From an uncultured Candidatus Saccharibacteria bacterium (GTDB lineage Bacteria > Patescibacteriota > Saccharimonadia > Saccharimonadales > UBA7683), in contig CAYRKQ010000002.1 in assembly GCA_964424985.1 (NCBI GenBank), forward strand, positions 13,680 to 77,679: 64,000 nucleotides of DNA, read 5' to 3'. Below the pieces are notes generated by a model that saw only the letters and a program-made list of their open reading frames with translations, made no database searches and had not been told where the DNA came from. Positions 29,430 to 36,372 of the stretch are shown here, piece by piece. How positions within the stretch are numbered: position 1 is the stretch's first letter; each line of letters begins with the position of its first letter. Position numbers and translations under genes: made by a program.

Positions 29430-29747
29430 ATGGATGATAAATTTGTTAACTTGGAAGCCTGGATTCAGCAAATTTTAAAAGAAGTGCAAGATGTTAAGAT
29501 TCAGCTGAACGATACCAGAAGCGAGATGCGAGCTCAGTTCGACGACCTTCGCGGGCACATCAACCGAAACGACCAAACCGACAACGACAACACCCGTATG
29601 GTACAAGATCTTCGAAACATTTTAGAGACCTCACGTGCAGAGACAAACAATGTACGTTCTACAATTGAAAATCGTCTCAATAACCTTGAAGGGCGCCTCA
29701 ACGAAATCCGCTCAATGAGCAATGAGATCAAGAATAAAATTCGCTAG
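29430..29747 (+). CDS. Coiled-coil hypothetical protein, leaderless, paralogous in style to the 10603 and 29008 ORFs
   Basis: 105 aa. A TATAAT ends 4 nt before the ATG. The C-terminus reads NRLNNLEGRLNEIRSM, resembling NLEGQVKGLEGDIREI in the 10603 ORF. Confidence 0.5.
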   Translation: MDDKFVNLEAWIQQILKEVQDVKIQLNDTRSEMRAQFDDLRGHINRNDQTDNDNTRMVQDLRNILETSRAETNNVRSTIENRLNNLEGRLNEIRSMSNEIKNKIR

Positions 29748-30397
29748 GTAGCTTGAATGACACTCTTTTCTTCAGGGCAACTGGGAGCTTGTGGGCATGC
29801 CTCGGGAGTGTAGTCTTCCATCGGATACTGTATATGCGATACGACTGGAATGGTAGTGACGTCATCACCAAGCCTAGGAAAGCCTTCAGCGCAAGGGATT
29901 CTTTGATCTTGCGGGTATGGAATATGCCGTAATCCGCTACTGCTTCTATTCACGTATGTACACACACCAAGAATACGACCACCCCATCTGTGAAGAGTTG
30001 AGGCAACCTTCATAGTGTTCGTCCCTCGCGTAAAGATATCATCAACGATCACCCAGTTTTTATCCCCGGCGAAAATATTGCTTGGCTGCAGCTCAAAGCC
30101 ATCATCCGTTTTTCTCGTTTGCCAACCTTCAACTCTTCGTTCAAGTCGCTTGGAAACATTTCGGCTCACCTTACCGGCTAAGCCGTTGGCGCCGTCAGCC
30201 ACCGTCGCTACCGCGTCGACATCAGGAAATTCGTTAGCAATAAGCTTACCAAGTCGACGTGCAACACGCGTTTCTTTAAGTTTACGCTTTGAAAGCTTAT
30301 CATAATCTAGCTTCTCAACGGCGTGCCGTTTACTTGCAAAGACAAAATGACCCTTAACGGTCATCCGCTCAAGTGATTTTCGTTCAAAACGTTTCAT
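29744..30397 (-). CDS. Phosphoribosyltransferase type I domain protein, ComF/GntX-like
   Basis: 217 aa with the VIVDDIFTRGTNTMKVASTL PRPP-binding motif and a Cys-rich C-terminus. Its stop overlaps the stop of the convergent 29430 ORF. Confidence 0.55.
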   Translation of the reverse strand: MKRFERKSLERMTVKGHFVFASKRHAVEKLDYDKLSKRKLKETRVARRLGKLIANEFPDVDAVATVADGANGLAGKVSRNVSKRLERRVEGWQTRKTDDGFELQPSNIFAGDKNWVIVDDIFTRGTNTMKVASTLHRWGGRILGVCTYVNRSSSGLRHIPYPQDQRIPCAEGFPRLGDDVTTIPVVSHIQYPMEDYTPEACPQAPSCPEEKSVIQAT

Positions 30398-30408
30398 AAT
30401 GCGTACTT

Positions 30409-30492
30409 GGTGGGGATGAAAGGACTTGAACCTTCACGCCTTGCGGCACATGCTCCTAAGGCATGCGTGTCTACCAATTCCACCACATCCCC
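30409..30492 (-). tRNA. tRNA-Leu, anticodon UAG, class II with long variable arm, CCA encoded
   Basis: Reverse complement folds as a cloverleaf: 7 bp acceptor stem GGGGATG/CATCCCC, discriminator A then CCA. The anticodon loop CUUAGGA gives anticodon UAG. The variable arm is TGCCGCAAGGCGTG and the T-loop is TTCAAGT. Confidence 0.85.
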
Positions 30493-30497
30493 GAATT

Positions 30498-30588
30498 GTT
30501 AAGTTTGTTAGCCTGGGAACCGTGCCGTGTGGCACATGCTCGATGGTCTTAAGTAGCATGCGTGTCTACCAATTCCACCACATCCCCG
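30498..30588 (-). pseudogene. Decayed duplicate of tRNA-Leu, with no 3' acceptor strand
   Basis: The first 33 nt (5' acceptor strand through the anticodon stem) are identical to the adjacent tRNA-Leu. The anticodon loop is enlarged to 16 nt, the T-arm is degenerate (GGTTCCCAGGC), and the CATCCCC acceptor 3' strand is missing. Confidence 0.45.
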
Positions 30589-30611
30589 CAATTGGCTTGT
30601 TCTATGATAGC

Positions 30612-30640
30612 AAAAAAGTAGCTGTCAAGCGACAGCTACT
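30612..30640 (-). terminator. Intrinsic terminator downstream of rsmD
   Basis: The minus strand reads AGUAGCUGUC-gcuu-GACAGCUACU, a perfect 10 bp stem, followed by UUUUUUG. It overlaps the rsmD stop codon. Confidence 0.7.
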
Positions 30641-31166
30641 GTAAACGGTAGGTGATTAGCGTGGCATCGCCATAATTTCGATTGTCCACCACAACAACTC
30701 CATCGACGGTGCTCACTTCGTCCCTACCTGGTTGTGATAATATCATAAGCCCTTTGGGTTTTAAATGCTTAAAAAGTGCAAAAACTGTGGATAACTGCAT
30801 GTCATTGTAGGGCGGATCGCAAAAAATAATGTCGAACTGGACGTCTTTGTTTGTCGAACTCCAGGCATGGGCACTGGCTTTAATGGCTTTGACTTTTTCT
30901 TCGGCCTGCAGCTTTTCAACGTTTTGTTTTAACACCTTGTAGGCTCGGTTGTCACTATCAGTTGCAACTGCCGAGACGGCACCCCGGCTGACCGCCTCTA
31001 AAACTAGTGAGCCGCTGCCCGCAAAGGCATCCCACACTGTCTTGCCTTCCAGTGAGCCAAGCGAATTAAACAGTGCCTGGCGAATTCGCTCGCTCATAGG
31101 GTGAGTTTTAAAACCTCGCGGCGCCTTGATGATCCGCCCTCCGTATTCTCCCGCAATAACCCTCAT
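30636..31166 (-). CDS. rsmD: 16S rRNA (guanine966-N2)-methyltransferase RsmD
   Basis: MRVIAGEYGGRIIKAPRGFKTHPMSERIRQALFNSLG...DAFAGSGSLVLEAVSRGA...FDIIFCDPPY. The start is taken at the internal MMRV. The ORF track extends to 31280. Confidence 0.75.
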   Translation of the reverse strand: MRVIAGEYGGRIIKAPRGFKTHPMSERIRQALFNSLGSLEGKTVWDAFAGSGSLVLEAVSRGAVSAVATDSDNRAYKVLKQNVEKLQAEEKVKAIKASAHAWSSTNKDVQFDIIFCDPPYNDMQLSTVFALFKHLKPKGLMILSQPGRDEVSTVDGVVVVDNRNYGDATLITYRLQ

Positions 31167-31315
31167 CATATAATCATACCATCCCACTCCCCACGCTCCC
31201 ACATACACTTCCACACACTCAACAAATTCTTCCATATGGTAGAGTTTGTTGAGGTGGATGTAATTTTGGTTGCAACGCATGCAGTGGTGTAGAACGGAAC
31301 GGAGGAGAAATGGGG

Positions 31316-32125
31316 CTAGAGGGTTCGTGTTTCATCGAGTGCCAACAGCCAGATGACGGTGATGGTGCGTGTAACTGTTGGGGCAAGCTGCAAACGCACA
31401 TCTTTAGCCAGCGCTGGCGTCCAACCCCGTTTTAAAAACCGTTCGTACATGTTGAAGTTATAAATAATCATCGTTTGCTCGTGCAAATAATTTTTCACGC
31501 CCAGGTTCTTGGCATGTCGGATCTCGGCCTTGGTTGGTTTGGCGGCCGCGAGCTTAAGGGGTCGACTGATAACTGATATACCCGCTTCAAAAAGATGATG
31601 GCTCAGCATCAGGCCTTTTGCTCCCCAGAGCTTCCAGTTTTTAACAATTGTCTGACTCTTTGTGTCACCCTTAATGAGCAGCTTCTTTCTATATGAATCC
31701 CGCGTATCATTTGCCGCTCCACCACGCAGCTCAATGAGCTTCTTCTCATACGGGTAGTGATGCGCCGGTGTCATGCCATCAACAATGGCGTGCGCCAGCC
31801 AGGCGGCCTCAAAAGCCGATTTTTCTTCATCTTTTCGAGTAAGCGCCTTCACCAATGAACCATAGTGTTGCTGCACAATCTTTATAAGCTTCTGGTCTTT
31901 TTCATCAGTCGGATCCCAGTAATGCCACGGCTCATCTTTACCAGGACTTTTGCGTTTTATACCATCTGGGCCATTATTACCCTCGAATTGAAGTATCTGT
32001 TTGCCCGTCGGAAAGAAACTATCTTCGCGAAGCTGATGCACAAATTTAGCCGCCGTGCGATCAAACTTTTGATGCGCCCCCAGCAGATTCCCCGATTTAT
32101 TATGAAGTGTAGATCCTGACCACAT
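31316..32125 (-). CDS. Putative S1/P1 nuclease or zinc-dependent phospholipase C superfamily protein, with no signal peptide
   Basis: 269 aa. Trp is the second residue (MWSGSTLH). An HAIVDGMTPAH motif matches the H-x3-D-x3-P-x-H zinc-binding motif of P1 nuclease and PLC. The assignment is by inference from motifs only. Confidence 0.4.
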   Translation of the reverse strand: MWSGSTLHNKSGNLLGAHQKFDRTAAKFVHQLREDSFFPTGKQILQFEGNNGPDGIKRKSPGKDEPWHYWDPTDEKDQKLIKIVQQHYGSLVKALTRKDEEKSAFEAAWLAHAIVDGMTPAHHYPYEKKLIELRGGAANDTRDSYRKKLLIKGDTKSQTIVKNWKLWGAKGLMLSHHLFEAGISVISRPLKLAAAKPTKAEIRHAKNLGVKNYLHEQTMIIYNFNMYERFLKRGWTPALAKDVRLQLAPTVTRTITVIWLLALDETRTL

Positions 32126-32195
32126 AGCTATCTAGTTTATAGTGTTTAGTGAATAGTGGGTAGTACTAGCCCACCTACTACGCCAGCCAATACTA

Positions 32196-32498
32196 CTATA
32201 CATCGAGAAACGGATATTGAGTCTTGTCGTCTTCGGTTAGAGAATTATCATAGATACGATCTAAAAGATCATCGGGAATTTCATCTGCCAACTTTTGCAT
32301 CGTTTCGTTGGGATCGCCAAACGCAACCCCCATTGATGCAAGCATCCCATGGAGACCTCGATCAAGAACTATGCCGCTCACCTCTAGCTGGCGCTCAACA
32401 TCAGAGTCAGTCTGTTGCAAAGACGCATCGTTAAGATCAACCTCCCAAAGGCTGGTGGGTAATGGTGCAGCTCCATTAATTTCAGCGTATATAGACAT
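32196..32498 (-). CDS. Hypothetical acidic protein of about 100 aa downstream of recG
   Basis: ORF with the start taken at MSIYAEINGAAP. No recognisable family. Confidence 0.35.
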   Translation of the reverse strand: MSIYAEINGAAPLPTSLWEVDLNDASLQQTDSDVERQLEVSGIVLDRGLHGMLASMGVAFGDPNETMQKLADEIPDDLLDRIYDNSLTEDDKTQYPFLDV

Positions 32499-32526
32499 AT
32501 TGACTGAATTATAACACAAGATCTGG

Positions 32527-34557
32527 TCAGTTCAGATGTGTTAAAGAGCGATTAGCCTGCACTCTTTGGTTGAGCTGAGGGTAATCAGTGAGTTTTTCTT
32601 TTGAGTCTAGGAAATCAATTGCTGAGTCTTTGGCGGCTTTGATTAGTTTTGTGTCGGTGATGTTGGCAATTTTCAGATCTAATTGACCATGTTGGCGTGT
32701 GCCGTAAAGCGCACCGGGGCCACGGAGTTCCAGATCCATTTCGGCTAGTTTGAAGCCGTTATTAGTTTGTTCCATGGCTCGGAGGCGTTTGGTGGGCTTT
32801 TGCGAGGTGCTCATGACAAGGTAGCAGTAGCTTTGATGCTGGGCTCGGCCGACGCGGCCGCGGAGCTGGTGAAGCTGCGCCAGGCCAAATTGGTCGGCAG
32901 ACTCAATGAGCATCACGGTGGCGTTTGGCACGTCAATGCCAACTTCGATTACCGTGGTGCTCACTAAAATATCTAACTGATGGGTCACGAAATCATTCAT
33001 CACTTTAGTTTTTTCATCATCTTTTAGTTTGCCATGCAGTAACCCAATGCGGCGGTGACGAAAAGGGCCTTGAGAAAGCAGGTTTAATTCTTCGTTAACA
33101 CTCTTGGCTCCCGTTTTGTCAGATTCATCAATCAGTGGACAGACGACGAACACTTGATGCCCTTTAATAATTTCTCTGTCGATTTCATCGTAGAGCTGAG
33201 CTCGGGAATTTGGTGACCAGATATCGGTCTTAATTGGCAGACGGTTGCTCGGTTTTTGCGAAATGATTGAAATATCCAGCTCACCGTAGATCGTCAGCGC
33301 CAGGCTGCGCGGAATAGGTGTGGCTGTCATGCTCAAAATGTGTGGAATGGCCACACCCTTATCGACCAACTTCTGCCGCTGAGCTACCCCAAAACGATGC
33401 TGTTCGTCAATCACAATATAACCCAGGCGTTTGAAATCCACATTTTCTTGCAGCAGGGCGTGAGTGCCGACCACAATATCAATTTCGCCAAGTGAGAGTT
33501 GTTTTTTCAGCTCATCTTTTTGCTTTTTCTTCACCGCTGAGGTGAGTAGCGCCACGGTGATGTCAGTATGTTTGAGAAGGTCTGAAAGCGTCTCGGCGTG
33601 TTGCCGCGCCAAAAGCTCAGTTGGCGCCATAAAGGCACTTTGCACCCCACTGTGAGCTGCCATAACGGCTCCAAAAGCGGCCACCACCGTTTTGCCAGCG
33701 CCCACGTCGCCTTCTAGTAACCGGTTCATGGGTGTCGGTTTCGCTAAATCTTGCAAGATTTCCCACGCAGCCTTCTTTTGAGCAGGGGTAAGCTCAAACG
33801 GTAGTAACTTTACGTACTGCTTGGCTTTCTTTTCATCAAACGGAACTTCCAGTGCTGTTTCAGCCTCGATCTCACGTTTATTGAGCTGCCCGGCCAGAAT
33901 GTAGCTAAACACCTCTTCAAACCCAATCCGGTGGCGAGCTTCTTCTAGCTTCTTCTGGCCTTCCGGCCAATGCATTCGCCGTGCTGCCTCGGCAAACGAA
34001 ATAAGCTTGTTTTCTTTCACCACTTTCTTAGGTAAAAACTCGCCCAGCTCATGAAAAAGCGGCAGACATTCATGCAGCACCACACGGATCTCACGAGAGG
34101 TCAGCCCTTTGGTTTCACGGTAGATTGGCACAATCCGAGCCGTATTTTTGGTTAATTCCGCTACTTGTTCAACCGCCGGGTTCATCAAACTGTATCTGTT
34201 GTAGCTAAACTCGTACAAGCCTGAAAAATAGTACTCTTTACCTGCTTTAAAGTAATCTTTACGATACGGCTGGTTAAACCACACGACTTTGATAGCGCCG
34301 CTTTCGTCATGCAAGTTTGCTTCGGTAATATGCATACCACGCCGCACACGCCGCGTTTTTACATTTTCTACGGTAGCCTTAATCGTAATAGCCCCGCCTT
34401 TAATCTGACTAATCGGCAGCACCTCAGAGTAATCATCATACTTGCGCGGCCAATAGGTCAACAGATCATAAATCGAAACAACACCAAGCTTCTCCAGCTT
34501 TATAGCCGTCTCTTTGCCCACCCCTTTAATATGCTCAACTGATGACTGTACATTCAC
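32527..34557 (-). CDS. recG: ATP-dependent DNA helicase RecG
   Basis: 676 aa. Walker A GDVGAGKT, DEQHRFGV, a helicase C-terminal domain, and an N-terminal wedge domain. Confidence 0.9.
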   Translation of the reverse strand: MNVQSSVEHIKGVGKETAIKLEKLGVVSIYDLLTYWPRKYDDYSEVLPISQIKGGAITIKATVENVKTRRVRRGMHITEANLHDESGAIKVVWFNQPYRKDYFKAGKEYYFSGLYEFSYNRYSLMNPAVEQVAELTKNTARIVPIYRETKGLTSREIRVVLHECLPLFHELGEFLPKKVVKENKLISFAEAARRMHWPEGQKKLEEARHRIGFEEVFSYILAGQLNKREIEAETALEVPFDEKKAKQYVKLLPFELTPAQKKAAWEILQDLAKPTPMNRLLEGDVGAGKTVVAAFGAVMAAHSGVQSAFMAPTELLARQHAETLSDLLKHTDITVALLTSAVKKKQKDELKKQLSLGEIDIVVGTHALLQENVDFKRLGYIVIDEQHRFGVAQRQKLVDKGVAIPHILSMTATPIPRSLALTIYGELDISIISQKPSNRLPIKTDIWSPNSRAQLYDEIDREIIKGHQVFVVCPLIDESDKTGAKSVNEELNLLSQGPFRHRRIGLLHGKLKDDEKTKVMNDFVTHQLDILVSTTVIEVGIDVPNATVMLIESADQFGLAQLHQLRGRVGRAQHQSYCYLVMSTSQKPTKRLRAMEQTNNGFKLAEMDLELRGPGALYGTRQHGQLDLKIANITDTKLIKAAKDSAIDFLDSKEKLTDYPQLNQRVQANRSLTHLN

Positions 34558-34575
34558 ATCTTAAATTATAGAGTA

Positions 34576-34604
34576 TTGACACTACTTGACAGGTGTGTTA
34601 TAAT
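34576..34604 (+). promoter_or_regulatory. Consensus promoter (TTGACA-N4-TTGACA-N7-TATAAT) for the 34619 ORF
   Basis: ttgacactacttgacaggtgtgtTATAAT. The distal -35 sits 17 bp from the -10, which ends 14 nt before the ATG. Confidence 0.55.
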
Positions 34605-34618
34605 GAAAAGATAGAGTT

Positions 34619-34957
34619 ATGACGTACCGAGACCCTCAGTTTACGATTCCGAGTTTTGAACTTCCACCTTCGGCCGAACGCGGTTGTGAATTTGATGAGT
34701 TCAGTAGTTTACTAACAGGAATGAATGATCTTGCAAGTGTCTCGCAGATGAGCCGCATTGACTTCTTCTTTGGAACTCTTGAAGAAATGCAAAAAAGAGA
34801 TCTTGAACTTGATGATTTCAAGATGAGAGCTATTTTGCAAGAAGGATTTGGATCCCCCGAAGAAGCACTCGATTGGATGGGCGCAACAGACTTCAGTGAA
34901 CACCCTGATGGACTAGAGGAAGTGTTGCGCTGGTATACCAAAGACGCCACTGCTTAA
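34619..34957 (+). CDS. Hypothetical acidic 112 aa protein
   Basis: ORF lying behind a strong promoter, divergent from recG. No recognisable family. Confidence 0.45.
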   Translation: MTYRDPQFTIPSFELPPSAERGCEFDEFSSLLTGMNDLASVSQMSRIDFFFGTLEEMQKRDLELDDFKMRAILQEGFGSPEEALDWMGATDFSEHPDGLEEVLRWYTKDATA

Positions 34958-35019
34958 AAGTGAAGGTACAATACGAGCAGTATCAAGCCCAGCTACTAAC
35001 ACGCTGCAGCTTGCCATCA

Positions 35020-36255
35020 CTATTGATTGTTAATGAGAGTGAATGTGTTCTTGCCTCGTTTGAGGAGAAGATACCCATTGTTTGTTTTGAGGGACTTCAA
35101 ATCAGTTTCTAGAGTTATTTTTTCACCGTTGATCGAAACCGCGCCAGACTCTATAAAACGGCGGGCCTCTGAATTTGATGAGGCGAGACCAGACTCTGTC
35201 AAGGTTTGGATGGCATCAGTTGATTCTACAGTTGGGACTTCATTGGCAAGTTCTTTGATATCTTCTTTCGTGAGCTCCGCAAAATCTTTTTGACCGAACA
35301 GTACTTCAGAGACATCCTTGACACTTTCAGCTCGTTTTTCGCCATGTACTAGTTTGGTGACTTCGTAGGCGAGGTATTTTTGGGCGGCGCGACCAGCTTT
35401 ATCTTCTTCAAATTCTTTTATGAGTTTTTCGTACTCGTCAGGCTCAATAGCGGTGTAGATTTTGAGGTAGTCGCTGGCGCCTTCGTCATCCATGTTTAGC
35501 CAGAATTGGTAGAATTTGTAGACACTTGTTTTGGCTGGGTCAAGCCAGACGGCACCATCTTCGCTTTTACCAAACTTCTTACCGGTGGCTTTGTTGATGG
35601 TAAGCGGCATAGTGAGGGCGTGAACTTCTTTGCCGCGCATTTTTCGAATTAAATCGACGCCAGAGAGAATATTACCCCACTGGTCGGAACCTGAAAGCTG
35701 CAGCGTACAGCCGTGTTCATCAAATAAATGAAGATAATCGTATCCTTGCAACAACGTGTAACTAAATTCTGTGAAGCTCATACCGGCGCCGTCTTTGCCA
35801 ATACGCTGGGCAATGTAATCTCGTTGCACCAGCGTGCTCATGCCGAAGTGTTTGCCAACGTCACGCAGGAAGTCAAGCACCTTAAGATCCTTGGTCCAAT
35901 CGAGGTTATTAACTAAGGTAAATGGATCATCTTTGAAGACGGACTTTAGCTGTTTTTCAGCTTGCGCAACATTGTAACGGACGGTTTCTTCGTCTTGCAG
36001 GGGTCGTTCAGCATCTTTGCCGCCCGGATCACCAATTAAACTGGTGGCTCCTCCGGCCAGCAAGATTGCTTTGTGACCGTGGCGCACGAATGTTTTGTCG
36101 AGCATCATGGCGGCTAAGTTGCCAATTGTCTGCGAATCTGCCGAAGCGTCAAAGCCATGGTAGAAGGTGATCTTTTTGTCATCAAGCTGCTTTATATCTG
36201 AAAGCGTGGTTTGGTTGATGAAACCGCGCCAGGTGAGTTCTTCGGATAGTGTCAT
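35020..36255 (-). CDS. tyrS: Tyrosine--tRNA ligase
   Basis: 411 aa, class I synthetase with a KFGKS (KMSKS) motif and a C-terminal S4-like domain. Confidence 0.9.
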   Translation of the reverse strand: MTLSEELTWRGFINQTTLSDIKQLDDKKITFYHGFDASADSQTIGNLAAMMLDKTFVRHGHKAILLAGGATSLIGDPGGKDAERPLQDEETVRYNVAQAEKQLKSVFKDDPFTLVNNLDWTKDLKVLDFLRDVGKHFGMSTLVQRDYIAQRIGKDGAGMSFTEFSYTLLQGYDYLHLFDEHGCTLQLSGSDQWGNILSGVDLIRKMRGKEVHALTMPLTINKATGKKFGKSEDGAVWLDPAKTSVYKFYQFWLNMDDEGASDYLKIYTAIEPDEYEKLIKEFEEDKAGRAAQKYLAYEVTKLVHGEKRAESVKDVSEVLFGQKDFAELTKEDIKELANEVPTVESTDAIQTLTESGLASSNSEARRFIESGAVSINGEKITLETDLKSLKTNNGYLLLKRGKNTFTLINNQ

Positions 36256-36372
36256 AATAACCCTAGTATATAGTGATTAGTGGATCGTGTGTAGTCTTTG
36301 GATATTAAAGTCTGGTTTGATGGCCAAGAATTGCTATAATAAAGAGCATAAGCATGGAGTATAATTAAAGGC

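Noticed and set aside
30498-30588. Second functional tRNA next to tRNA-Leu
   Set aside because: The acceptor stem cannot close, the anticodon loop is 16 nt, and the T-arm is degenerate. It is called a pseudogene instead.
31167-31280. N-terminal extension of rsmD (MRCNQNYIHLNK...)
   Set aside because: The conserved RsmD N-terminus (MRVIAGEYGGR) begins at an internal Met, and the extension has no homology.
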